NCBI GenBank assembly: GCA_017467815.1
Contig: JAFUKI010000077.1
Span: forward strand, 4,797 to 68,796
Length of the DNA stretch: 64,000 nucleotides
From: Clostridia bacterium
GTDB taxonomy: Bacteria; Bacillota; Clostridia; Oscillospirales; CAG-272
Direction of reading: 5' to 3'
Shown here: piece after piece, positions 31,842-40,638 of the stretch
Numbering within the stretch: position 1 is the stretch's first letter
Layout: every line of letters begins with the position of its first letter
Notes under the pieces: model-generated
Databases searched by the model: none
Told to the model about the DNA's origin: nothing
Seen by the model: the letters and a program-made list of their open reading frames with translations, nothing else
Made by a program: the position numbers and the translations under genes

Positions 31842-31919
31842 TCATTTGGCCAGGCCCGGTACAATGCAACGATCCATCGCGCTCATAAAGTAATAAAAAT
31901 ACGCATACTGCTTAAACAT
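31842..31919 (-). CDS. Phe/Tyr-rich leader peptide MFKQYAYFYYFMSAMDRCIVPGLAK (attenuation)
   Basis: ATG TTT AAG CAG TAT GCG TAT TTT TAT TAC TTT ATG AGC ... AAA TGA; 7 aromatic residues in the first 11; between a consensus promoter and the terminator, upstream of pheA. Confidence 0.8.
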   Translation of the reverse strand: MFKQYAYFYYFMSAMDRCIVPGLAK

Positions 31920-31960
31920 TATACAGCCTGTCCTTTCTTCCGGAATTCAAACATATATAT

Positions 31961-31989
31961 ATTATATACCCAAAAAACGCATATGTCAA
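31961..31989 (-). promoter_or_regulatory. Perfect-consensus sigma-A promoter of the aromatic operon
   Basis: Minus strand TTGACA (31989-31984), 17 bp spacer, TATAAT (31966-31961). Confidence 0.85.
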
Positions 31990-32186
31990 GGGGGATTGTG
32001 TGTTTTTATTAGTATTATGACGAAAAATTCCCCGAAATAAGCAGAAATAGCTGTGATGGAATAGAAAAAATGCAGGATTGGCGTATATTCATCCAGGCTG
32101 ACCTATTCCTGCAGCATCCGACCACAATATATATCCCTCCACGAAAATTAGTTTCACAAGATATGCCAAAAAATGCTAAAATACTA

Positions 32187-32215
32187 TTGACAAAGCACAA
32201 TATGTCGTGTATAAT
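32187..32215 (+). promoter_or_regulatory. Perfect-consensus sigma-A promoter TTGACA-17-TATAAT
   Basis: TTGACA 32187-32192, TATAAT 32210-32215. Confidence 0.8.
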
Positions 32216-32241
32216 AGAGAAGAAAAGAATCTTCCTCTTCC

Positions 32242-32280
32242 CGTGCAGCCTGCCGTTCATCGACAGCTGCACGATTTTTC
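32242..32280 (+). terminator. Terminator-like hairpin close to the promoter start
   Basis: CGTGCAGCCTG...CAGCTGCACG followed by ATTTTTC, about 20 nt after the predicted transcription start. Confidence 0.6.
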
Positions 32281-32362
32281 TTTTCAACCATATACCAAAC
32301 CGGGAACATTTTCCCCTTTATATTCGTCCAATAGATAATAAAATCACCAGGGGGACGCCATC

Positions 32363-34060
32363 ATGAAACAAAAAACAGCCGTATTCAACCGAAAATATAC
32401 ATTATTTATTGTACCGATCCTTCTGTTCTGCCTGACCGCTGTATTTCTGTCATCCTGTCAGAATCCCCACGTAATTCCCCGGGATACAGAATCCCGGGAA
32501 ACCACTACCCCGGTCACTGGGGAAACGACAGCCAATCCTGAAACTGAAGCCGAAACCCCATCTCTGTATATCGGACCGGATGGGGAGGAATACTTCGGGG
32601 AATTCCACGGCGGTCTGTTTGGACTCGGCACAGAACTGACAAACCTTGTCTCCGAAGAAGAATACCTGCAGTATACAGATAAAACCTTCGCCGGTACTTT
32701 CGACTTCAACCAGCGCTCTTTCTGCCGCTATTTTGGGGTCACGGAAGAAGCCTACAGAGAAGCCGTATCCGTCTATAACTGGTACGATATATACGGAGAA
32801 GCCGGCAGATACAAAGCGGAACAGTACCCCGTGGGCATATTCGGCGATTATGAGGATTTTATCGACATATTCGTAAGAGAGGAATCCCGTATCGGCTGCC
32901 GCACGGAAGAATGGCTTCCCGATGAAAACTGCGTGCATACCTATACTTTCCACACCATAACGGACGAACTGATCGACTGCGTGGGAGAAGAAGCCTACAA
33001 AACCTTCCGTCAGACCTACGCCGGTACGGAAGAATTCAATATTCTGAACTTTATATCCTATTTTTATCTGGATGAAAAAACGGTAAGCGATATACTGGAG
33101 CAAAGTACCGACCCGATCCCGGCGTATAATGTACAGTATCTGTTCGGGGACGAGGAGATGCAGAGAGAATATTTCCTCATCCGGGAATACCAGTCGGACG
33201 AACAGACAAAGCTGTACTACGGCCTGCCCACCCAAGCGGAATTCATGGAAATCACGGACTGGTACATATACGACTCCGGTATGCACCGAATGATCTGTGC
33301 CTTTCTGCGGAATGACTGGGAAACTTTTGCCCGGTACTGCGGTGTAGAACCCGAAGTGTATTCCCATATGCGGAACATGAAAATCGGTGAATACGAACTG
33401 AAAAACGAAATGATCCCGGCATCCGATGACCCCGCATCCGTCAATCCCTTTCTTGTACTCTCCTTTGAGGTGCTGGAAAGTACAAGTGAGGTTTTCCCCG
33501 TGGGAGAGCACGAACTTGTCTGGAAAAGCGGGTTGAACGTGACCTTTAAACCCAGAGAAACCTTCCGGTATACCGTATCTTCACCGTGGGAAATGTCCCG
33601 GGCGGAACGGTATCTGTTGGATTTAGGTTCCGACAGGGATTTTGCGCCGGTGACAGCTGAAAACAAGCGGCAGTTTGGATTGTGCGACTTTATTGTAGGC
33701 AGACTGGATGTCTTATACGGCAACGATGAACCGAGAACAAAGGAAGAAATCGGGGATTATGCGGAAAAGTATCTGGGGGTAGACCGAGACACATTGCAGT
33801 ATGATAAAACCCTTGAGAAAACCGAAAATGGCTACAGACGAATCGGCAGAGGCGGCGGCTCCTATATTTACACCGTTCTATCCGAAGAAGTACGGGACGG
33901 TATCACGGTAATAACAGTACAATTCTGGGCGGACGAATCGAAAACCGTACCGTCACGGAAAGTGGAATTCTATACGGAACTGCTGGACGGTGAATACAAA
34001 CCGCTGTACTCGGTAATCGTGGAAGACAGCAAATTCCGGACCATGTATTTGTCAACATAA
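32363..34060 (+). CDS. Uncharacterised secreted lipoprotein
   Basis: Signal peptide with lipobox (LFCLTAVFLSSCQ), Thr/Glu-rich linker; RBS agggggacgccatcATG. Confidence 0.65.
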   Translation: MKQKTAVFNRKYTLFIVPILLFCLTAVFLSSCQNPHVIPRDTESRETTTPVTGETTANPETEAETPSLYIGPDGEEYFGEFHGGLFGLGTELTNLVSEEEYLQYTDKTFAGTFDFNQRSFCRYFGVTEEAYREAVSVYNWYDIYGEAGRYKAEQYPVGIFGDYEDFIDIFVREESRIGCRTEEWLPDENCVHTYTFHTITDELIDCVGEEAYKTFRQTYAGTEEFNILNFISYFYLDEKTVSDILEQSTDPIPAYNVQYLFGDEEMQREYFLIREYQSDEQTKLYYGLPTQAEFMEITDWYIYDSGMHRMICAFLRNDWETFARYCGVEPEVYSHMRNMKIGEYELKNEMIPASDDPASVNPFLVLSFEVLESTSEVFPVGEHELVWKSGLNVTFKPRETFRYTVSSPWEMSRAERYLLDLGSDRDFAPVTAENKRQFGLCDFIVGRLDVLYGNDEPRTKEEIGDYAEKYLGVDRDTLQYDKTLEKTENGYRRIGRGGGSYIYTVLSEEVRDGITVITVQFWADESKTVPSRKVEFYTELLDGEYKPLYSVIVEDSKFRTMYLST

Positions 34061-34068
34061 GCGAATTC

Positions 34069-34107
34069 TTTCCCCTCTTTCCTTATCCGTAAGGGAGAGG
34101 GGAAAAT
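34069..34107 (+). terminator. Hairpin 3' of the lipoprotein gene
   Basis: tttcccctctttccttatccgtaagggagaggggaaaa. Confidence 0.5.
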
Positions 34108-34133
34108 TTATCTTCAGAAAAACCAAAAACATA

Positions 34134-34162
34134 TTGACAAATACGGGAAGATGTGCTATCAT
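34134..34162 (+). promoter_or_regulatory. sigma-A promoter TTGACA-17-TATCAT
   Basis: TTGACA 34134-34139; TATCAT 34157-34162; upstream of the ABC transporter operon. Confidence 0.65.
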
Positions 34163-34229
34163 ATTACTACTTTAGTGTGATAAAGCACTGATCATTATCA
34201 AAAGAACATTTTTAAGGAGAAATCAAAAA

Positions 34230-35033
34230 ATGAAAAAGATTCTTGCACTTGTACTTTCCATGCTGATGCTGTCCGCATGTCTGTTTTCCTGCGGCAGTAC
34301 CGGCGACCTGGCTGCCATCAAGGAAAATGGCAAAATGGTGATCGGTATCACCCTGTACGAACCCATGAACTACTACGCTGAAGACGGCGAGACCCTGATC
34401 GGCTTTGACACCGAATTTGCAGAAGCGCTCTGCGCAGAACTGGGCGTAAAGGCAGAATTCCAGATCATCGACTGGAAAATGAAGGAAACCGAACTGAAGT
34501 CCGGCAACATCGACGCCATCTGGAACGGTCTGACCGTAACCGAAGAACGTAAGGAAAACATGGGCTTCACCACTCCCTACCTGACCAACGAACAGTGCAT
34601 CGTTATCAAGGCTGACAAGGCGGATGTTTATGTAGATACCGCAAGCCTGGCAGGTGCCCTGATTGCCGCTGAAGCAGGTTCCGCCGGTGAATCCGCTGTT
34701 GCCGCTGACGAAAATCTGTCCAAGGCAACCTACGTTGGCGCTGATACCCAGGCAGCTGCTCTGCTGGAACTGAAGGCCGGCAACGTAGACGCAATCGTTG
34801 TTGACCACTCCATGGCAACTGCATCCGTTGGTTCCGGTGACTACGCCGACATGGTTATCGTAGACAGCATCGACCTGACCGACGAACTGTATGCCATTGG
34901 CTTCCGCGTAGGTTCCGACCTGATCGAAGAAGCAAACGACATCATTGCCAAGTTCATCGAAGACGGTACTCTGGAAGCCATTGCTGAAAAGTACGGCCGT
35001 CTGGAACAGTACAAAGCAGCTGTAAACGGCTGA
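34230..35033 (+). CDS. Amino acid ABC transporter substrate-binding lipoprotein
   Basis: Lipobox LSACLFSCG; MVIGITLYEPMNYYAEDGETLIGFDTEFAEALCAELGVKAEFQIIDW (SBP_bac_3). Confidence 0.92.
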   Translation: MKKILALVLSMLMLSACLFSCGSTGDLAAIKENGKMVIGITLYEPMNYYAEDGETLIGFDTEFAEALCAELGVKAEFQIIDWKMKETELKSGNIDAIWNGLTVTEERKENMGFTTPYLTNEQCIVIKADKADVYVDTASLAGALIAAEAGSAGESAVAADENLSKATYVGADTQAAALLELKAGNVDAIVVDHSMATASVGSGDYADMVIVDSIDLTDELYAIGFRVGSDLIEEANDIIAKFIEDGTLEAIAEKYGRLEQYKAAVNG

Positions 35034-35117
35034 GTATCCATCCGAACATAAACCGTTGTCTGCCGTGTCCCCCTTTCTGGTGCGGATGCGGCAGACTGAT
35101 TTCATTCTACTACATTT

Positions 35118-35855
35118 ATGACGAATTTAATGCTTAGGATCTCATTCATGAGCTGGCTGTATGATATTGACTGGGCGGAGGTTTGGTATGTAACGGTTCA
35201 GCTGCTGAATGGTTTCAAGATGACGCTTGGTCTGTTTTTCCTGACCCTGATCTTCTCCCTGCCTCTGGGACTTGTGTTTTCCTTCGGCACCATGAGCAAG
35301 ATCAAACCTCTGCGGTATCTTGTCAAAGGTTTTGTCTACATCATCCGCGGCACGCCCCTTCTGCTGCAGCTGATGATCATTGTATATCTGCCGGGTATTG
35401 CGTTTGGCATGCCCCTGACCCGCTGGGCGATATTCGGCGGAAATGTATCGGCGGCGTACTTTTTCGGAGCGCTTGCGGCGTTTATCATCAATTATGCCTG
35501 TTATTTCAGCGAGATCTACCGCGGCGGTATTGAATCCATTGCGAAGGGTCAGTATGAAGCCGGGCAGGTGTTGGGTATGACCAAGTCCCAGATCTTCTTC
35601 AAGGTGATTCTGATGCAGGTCATCAAGAACATCCTGCCGCCCATCGCCAATGAGACCATTACACTGGTAAAGGACACAGCCCTTGCCAGAACGGTTTCCG
35701 TAATGGAAATTCTGTTCATGGCAAACGAAATTCTGATGCTGAAGCAGCTGATCTGGCCGTTGTTTTACACAGGGGTATTCTACCTGTTGTTCAACGCGCT
35801 GGTTACCTGGATTTTCGGGAAACTGGAAGCCAAGCTGTCGTATTATAAAGTATAA
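35118..35855 (+). CDS. Amino acid ABC transporter permease
   Basis: LLNGFKMTLGLFFLTLIFSLPLGLV...RGTPLLLQLMIIVYLPG...NYACYFSEIYRGGIESIAKGQYEAGQVLGM. Confidence 0.93.
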   Translation: MTNLMLRISFMSWLYDIDWAEVWYVTVQLLNGFKMTLGLFFLTLIFSLPLGLVFSFGTMSKIKPLRYLVKGFVYIIRGTPLLLQLMIIVYLPGIAFGMPLTRWAIFGGNVSAAYFFGALAAFIINYACYFSEIYRGGIESIAKGQYEAGQVLGMTKSQIFFKVILMQVIKNILPPIANETITLVKDTALARTVSVMEILFMANEILMLKQLIWPLFYTGVFYLLFNALVTWIFGKLEAKLSYYKV

Positions 35856-35867
35856 GGGGGGATTTGT

Positions 35868-36671
35868 ATGCCGATTCTGGAAGTGGAAAACTTTACAAAA
35901 AGCTTCGGGGATGTCAATGTACTGAAGGGCATCGATTTCACCCTGGAAAAAGGCGAAGTGCTGGCTATCATCGGTTCTTCAGGAAGCGGGAAGACCACGC
36001 TGCTGCGCTGTCTGAATTTTCTGGAAACACCCGATGGGGGAAGAATGCGTGTAAACGGCGAAACTCTGTTTGACGCAGAGGAGCACAAAAAGCTGTCGGA
36101 CAAAGAGATCCGTATGCGGAGACTGCATTTCGGACTTGTGTTCCAGTCCTTCAATCTGTTCCCCCAGTATACCGTACTGAAAAACATTACCCTCGCCTCC
36201 GAGCTGCTGGAAAATGAACGTCTGAAAGGGGAAAATGCCGGCAGAGAAAAGAGAAACCGTGTCATGGAAGGCATCCGCGATCATGCCATGGAACTTCTTG
36301 CCACTGTAGGTCTGACGGAAAAGGCGGAAAGCTATCCCTGCCAGTTGTCCGGCGGTCAGTGCCAGCGTGTAGCCATAGCCCGCGCCCTCGCCCTGTCACC
36401 GGATATCCTCTGCTTCGATGAACCCACCTCCGCCCTGGACCCCGAACTCACCGGCGAAGTCCTCCGTGTCATCCGCGGTCTCAAATCCAGCGACCGCACC
36501 ATGATCGTCGTGACCCACGAAATGGCATTCGCCAAAGGTGTCGCAGACAAAGTGATCTATATGGCCGACGGCGTCATCGAAGAAATAGGCACCCCCGACC
36601 AAGTCTTCAACCACCCCCAAAGCGAAAAAACCAGATCCTTCCTCAACGCAGGCCAGCAGTTCCAGTTTTGA
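35868..36671 (+). CDS. Amino acid ABC transporter ATP-binding protein
   Basis: VENFTKSFGDVNVLKGIDFTLEKGEVLAIIGSSGSGKTTLLRCLN...LSGGQCQRVAIARALA. Confidence 0.95.
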   Translation: MPILEVENFTKSFGDVNVLKGIDFTLEKGEVLAIIGSSGSGKTTLLRCLNFLETPDGGRMRVNGETLFDAEEHKKLSDKEIRMRRLHFGLVFQSFNLFPQYTVLKNITLASELLENERLKGENAGREKRNRVMEGIRDHAMELLATVGLTEKAESYPCQLSGGQCQRVAIARALALSPDILCFDEPTSALDPELTGEVLRVIRGLKSSDRTMIVVTHEMAFAKGVADKVIYMADGVIEEIGTPDQVFNHPQSEKTRSFLNAGQQFQF

Positions 36672-36690
36672 AATTGTTATTTGTTTTTTT

Positions 36691-36780
36691 TGCAGGGGGA
36701 GAGGAAAAACTTTTTGCGAAAAAGTCTTTCCTCTCCCCCTGCACCCCCTCTTCTTTTCAAAAAACTTTGAAAAAAGGGGG
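36691..36780 (+). repeat. Dispersed double-hairpin intergenic repeat, copy 4
   Basis: tgcagggggagaggaaaaactttttgcgaaaaagtctttcctctccccctgca + ccccctcttcttttcaaaaaactttgaaaaaaggggg. Confidence 0.8.
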
Positions 36781-36845
36781 ATTTTTTGTTTTTTGCATAA
36801 ATCAAAATCTATCTGACTTCACTGGTGAAAACTGTACTCCCGCCG

Positions 36846-36933
36846 CAAGCCCAACTGTGTAGCCTTCTCCACCGAGGCATACTTGCCTCAGGAGAAGGTG
36901 GCAGCCTCAAGGCTGATGGATGAGGTGTAACGT
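36846..36933 (+). repeat. Palindromic intergenic repeat type B, copy 2
   Basis: aagcccaactgtgtagCCTTCTCCaccGAGGCAtactTGCCTCaGGAGAAGGtggCAGCCtcaaGGCTGatggatgaggtgtaacg; compensatory change versus copy 1. Confidence 0.8.
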
Positions 36934-37111
36934 ACGCTTTGAACCTACTAAATTGGTATAAATCCCTCCCCCAACCAACTCTACATCTGTAAGAAAAAAC
37001 CGCCACCGTCCCCCAAAAAACAAAACAAAGACCCCGCAAAAAACCTCTCATACAGAAAGTTTTTTGCGGAGTCATACATAACCAGATCCAATTCAAATTC
37101 CCGAAAAAGCC

Positions 37112-37768
37112 TTACATCCGTACCACATTGATCCGCATCGTAGTCCGCTGAATATCCGCCCCCCTGAGTTCAACCAGATAATCCAGCAGAATAACACCGC
37201 CGGATTCAGTGAGTGTGGAGTCAAATTTGCGGGTGTAAATGCAGACGGAGAAAGGCATGGGCATCATGGGAGAGGAATAATCGGAAATGTGACGTTTCCC
37301 TTTTTCACAGCAGAGCGTACTCATAAGCGTACCGCTGCGTTCAATCACAATGGTAGGCGAAGACTTGGAGATGTGCAGGACAGTGAGCGCATCACCGAAA
37401 CCGTTGTCGGGATTTTCGATGTATTTCAGACGGTATTCATTCTCGTCCGATTCCATGGTCCCTTCGGTGGTGAGAATGTAGCGGTTGCTGTTTTCCTCGT
37501 CGGGTTCGGCGGATTCAAACAGGGCGCGGAACATATCCTCGATCTGTTCGACCATATCCTGTTCAATTTCCGCATCCTCGTCCAGTTCCTCGTCCAGCGA
37601 TTCCATCAGATCCTGCAGCTGTGCGGCGGTATTCACCTCAGGCTGGGGATTTTTTTCCTGTCCGCCTGAAAACATGGAATACGCATTGCTGCCCATCTGA
37701 GGGAGAATGTGCCTGGAATTGATCGTGAGCTTTACGGGAAATGCAGTTACGGGAGAATTCTGTTCCAT
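37112..37768 (-). CDS. DUF1934-like protein with acidic linker
   Basis: C-terminal beta-barrel-like region ...GTLMSTLCCEKGKRHISDYSSPMMPMPFSVCIYTRKFDSTLTESGGVILLDYLVELRG. Confidence 0.55.
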   Translation of the reverse strand: MEQNSPVTAFPVKLTINSRHILPQMGSNAYSMFSGGQEKNPQPEVNTAAQLQDLMESLDEELDEDAEIEQDMVEQIEDMFRALFESAEPDEENSNRYILTTEGTMESDENEYRLKYIENPDNGFGDALTVLHISKSSPTIVIERSGTLMSTLCCEKGKRHISDYSSPMMPMPFSVCIYTRKFDSTLTESGGVILLDYLVELRGADIQRTTMRINVVRM

Positions 37769-37773
37769 ATTTT

Positions 37774-38661
37774 TCAGGATTCCTTATTTGATAATGTTTT
37801 TTGTTTTTCCATATGGTCTTTTATGAGATTATAGCATAAGACCGAACCGATAACCACCACAGAACCGATCAGAGAGAACATACCGATCTTTTCATCCAGC
37901 ATAAATGCGGTAAGCAGAGGATTCAGAATGGGTTCAATGGTACTGATCAGGGATGCGGCAAAGGCAGGAGTGTGATCCAGACCTTCCGCCATGAATATGT
38001 AGGAAGAAGCGTACTGTACAGCACCCAGTAAGAACATCATAACCAGAATTTCCACCGTACAGTTGCCCGGAGTGGTAACTTCCGTGATAAGGGCGGGGAA
38101 ACCGATGACGGCACTGATCACACACCCCACAAAGATGGACGACAGATTGTCACTGCCCGGTATCATTTTCATCATAAATACCACAGCATACGTCATACCG
38201 GCGCCAAGCCCGAAAATATTACCGAGCAGAGGATTGGGCGCAGTGGCGGGACCGACCAGACTGTCGTAGAAGAAACAGAGGATACCGCAGATAACGATGG
38301 GCATGATGATAAGATCCAGCTTGGTGGGCTTTTTGCGGAAGAACACCAGGGAGAACAGAATAATAAAGACCGGTGCTGTAAATTCCAGAATAATAGCAGC
38401 CGCGGCAGTGGTCATCTTGGCGGAGAGCACATAGAAATATCCGGAAGCGGCAATGGCTGCACCGCAGAGGAAGACGGACTTGTTGAAAACGAGCTTATGC
38501 TTCCGCAATTTGAGGTACAGGAAAATGACACAGGCAGCCACAAGGGTTCTGCCGCCGCCGATGGCGAAGGATCCCCACGGAATGGCTTTTACGAAGAAAC
38601 CGCTGCTGGAAAAACAGATAGCTGCGCACAGGATAAGAAAAGGAGAAATTTTTTTCTTCAT
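37774..38661 (-). CDS. DMT superfamily (EamA) transporter
   Basis: Ten hydrophobic segments; FLILCAAICFSSSGFFVKAIPWGSFAIGGGRTLVAAC; ISTIEPILNPLLTAFMLDEKIG. Confidence 0.85.
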   Translation of the reverse strand: MKKKISPFLILCAAICFSSSGFFVKAIPWGSFAIGGGRTLVAACVIFLYLKLRKHKLVFNKSVFLCGAAIAASGYFYVLSAKMTTAAAAIILEFTAPVFIILFSLVFFRKKPTKLDLIIMPIVICGILCFFYDSLVGPATAPNPLLGNIFGLGAGMTYAVVFMMKMIPGSDNLSSIFVGCVISAVIGFPALITEVTTPGNCTVEILVMMFLLGAVQYASSYIFMAEGLDHTPAFAASLISTIEPILNPLLTAFMLDEKIGMFSLIGSVVVIGSVLCYNLIKDHMEKQKTLSNKES

Positions 38662-38676
38662 AACCGTAACCCCCTC

Positions 38677-39450
38677 TTATTTCGTATGCAGAGGCCGCAG
38701 AACCGGCTCAGTGTAAATCAGGTTGTAATCGTCAATGATTCTCTGCGCTTCTTCAAACACACCGGTCAGCGTGAACGCATACTGATCGTGGGCGTCAAGA
38801 CCCACAACCACAGGCGCACTCATTTCCCCTACCAGCTTCCAGAAGGGTCTGTAGGGATAATTCCGGCTGCCGTGAATGCCCAGACAGTTGATTTCCAGGG
38901 GAACCTTGGTCTCCATGGAGCAGGCGATCAGCTTTTCCATCGCCTTGAAGTATTCCGGAGAATAATCGTCACACCAGGGCAGATCCGGGTGCGCCAGATA
39001 GGTGAAATACCCGGTACGCATGGCTTCGCATACCTGATCCACATAGGCGTAAATATACTCCACAGAACCGCGGGCAGGGGTTTGGGGATGATCGTATTCG
39101 TTATTCAGAAAATGCTGTCCGAGAATCATATAATCACAGGGGTAAGGCTCTAAGAAATTGAGCAGATCCCGGAAAATAGCGGGGTAGTATTCTGCTTCAA
39201 ACCCGATCTTGATATCGATTCTGTCCTTGAATTCTTCCTTCAGCGCCAGCAGGGAGGAGAAATAGCCTTCTGTTTCTTCACGCAGCATCCGGAAATTGGA
39301 ATAGTAATCTCCGGGGAAGCACTGGGGGGAATGGTCGGCAAAGCCAAGGGTCTTGAACCCGTGATCAGCGGCAAACTGGACATAATCCCTGTCCGTTCCG
39401 CTGGCGTGTTTACATCGCGCGGTATGGGTATGGTAATTTACGGTAAACAT
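38677..39450 (-). CDS. PHP-domain histidinol-phosphatase (HisJ-like)
   Basis: NYHTHTARCKHASGTDRDYVQFAADHGFKTLGFADHSPQ...GFEAEYYP...HPD. Confidence 0.85.
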   Translation of the reverse strand: MFTVNYHTHTARCKHASGTDRDYVQFAADHGFKTLGFADHSPQCFPGDYYSNFRMLREETEGYFSSLLALKEEFKDRIDIKIGFEAEYYPAIFRDLLNFLEPYPCDYMILGQHFLNNEYDHPQTPARGSVEYIYAYVDQVCEAMRTGYFTYLAHPDLPWCDDYSPEYFKAMEKLIACSMETKVPLEINCLGIHGSRNYPYRPFWKLVGEMSAPVVVGLDAHDQYAFTLTGVFEEAQRIIDDYNLIYTEPVLRPLHTK

Positions 39451-39550
39451 AGTGGTTCCTCATGAAAAATAAATGAAAAATAAGCGTACTGAAGTATTAT
39501 ACCACAGTTCGGGGAAGAATGAAAGGTTTTCGGAAAAATAAATCAAAAAA

Positions 39551-39579
39551 CAGACCGCTTTTCACGAAAAAACGATCTG
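39551..39579 (-). terminator. Rho-independent terminator (minus strand)
   Basis: Minus: CAGATCGttttttcgtgaaaagCGGTCTGTTTTTT. Confidence 0.6.
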
Positions 39580-39608
39580 TATTCTGTATATTGGATTTCC
39601 TTATTCTG

Positions 39609-39761
39609 CCGCAGATCGGACAGGCCGCAGAACCGGTTCCGTAAGGGTAAGACCGCATTCTTCGATCCACTTCCGCGCTTCGGCAAACAACTCCGCATAT
39701 TCCCGGTCAGAACCGCGGGCGTGTTTGCAGCGTAGGGTGTGTGATAATCGGCAGTAAACAT
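39609..39761 (-). pseudogene. Internally deleted, frameshifted remnant of a HisJ-like paralog
   Basis: Starts MFTADYHT; after a frameshift reads RCKHARGSDREYAELFAEARKWIEECGLTLTEPVLRPVR, joining the N- and C-terminal motifs of the neighbouring PHP protein. Confidence 0.75.
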
Positions 39762-39771
39762 AACGTATCCA

Positions 39772-40638
39772 TCAGGTAAATTTTAATTGCATGGTGCCCG
39801 TTTCTTCCGGTTCGGGAGAGGGAGCGGGGGACTTTCTGCTGCCGCCGTATCGGAAAACCGGTACGGTAATGCCGTCTTCGTCCGGATAGGACAGGAAGGA
39901 GAGGATGCAGAGGGGGTTGAACTGGGGCAGGTGTTCCATCAGACGCACCAGCTCGGCACTGTCACGGGAAATGGTGATCACCACAGGATACCCGGCAGAC
40001 AGCAGGGAAAGGGGGGAATAATCGGAAAACGCCGCATAGGGACGACGGAACAGATTGATTTCCTTATCAAAATTTTCCCGGTTGATCAGCAGAATATGCC
40101 CCGATTCCGAACAGACAAAACGGCGTATATCTTCTCTGTAATCGCTGTTGTATACAGTAATGGCAGGTGCTTCCACCCCGTATACATTGGCGAAATAGGC
40201 GGAAAGAGCGGTCAGCGAATGGCGGATGGATTCCCGTTCCATGGCATTTTTTACGGTAATGATGTATTTTCTGACCTGCCTCTGATCCATAAGGGCAAAG
40301 ATCACCTGCAGAACCGTGGCAACCAGATCTCCTCTGCCGCAGGCGAAGGAAAAACGACCGGCAGCCAACGCTTCCTCAGGCATCTCCTGTTTGGGCGAGG
40401 CAGTCCGATGAAGGGTTTCTGCGGCGGAAAACAGTTCGGGACGGGGCGCACAGTGACCGTACCCCATTTCCTCCCCGTCGATTTTCAGCTGCAGGGAATC
40501 CGATGTGGGATAGGGTGTGCCGGCAAAGGAAACGGGAGCATCCAGTCTGCCGCCGAACAGCTCCAGTGCCGCCTGAACAGCCTGAGCCGCCATTGTACCT
40601 GAATGCAGTTTGCCGGATCCGGAATATTGAGTATGCAT
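39772..40638 (-). CDS. Hypothetical protein (possible start MHTQYSGSG...; track ORF extends to 40749)
   Basis: Long ORF with plausible composition, MHTQYSGSGKLHSGTMAAQAVQAALELFGGRLDAPVSF...; no family recognised. Confidence 0.5.
   Translation of the reverse strand: MHTQYSGSGKLHSGTMAAQAVQAALELFGGRLDAPVSFAGTPYPTSDSLQLKIDGEEMGYGHCAPRPELFSAAETLHRTASPKQEMPEEALAAGRFSFACGRGDLVATVLQVIFALMDQRQVRKYIITVKNAMERESIRHSLTALSAYFANVYGVEAPAITVYNSDYREDIRRFVCSESGHILLINRENFDKEINLFRRPYAAFSDYSPLSLLSAGYPVVITISRDSAELVRLMEHLPQFNPLCILSFLSYPDEDGITVPVFRYGGSRKSPAPSPEPEETGTMQLKFT

Noticed and set aside
31611-32012. Plus-strand ORF overlapping pheA 5' end and leader
   Set aside because: The minus-strand reading explains the region better: promoter, aromatic-rich leader peptide and terminator.
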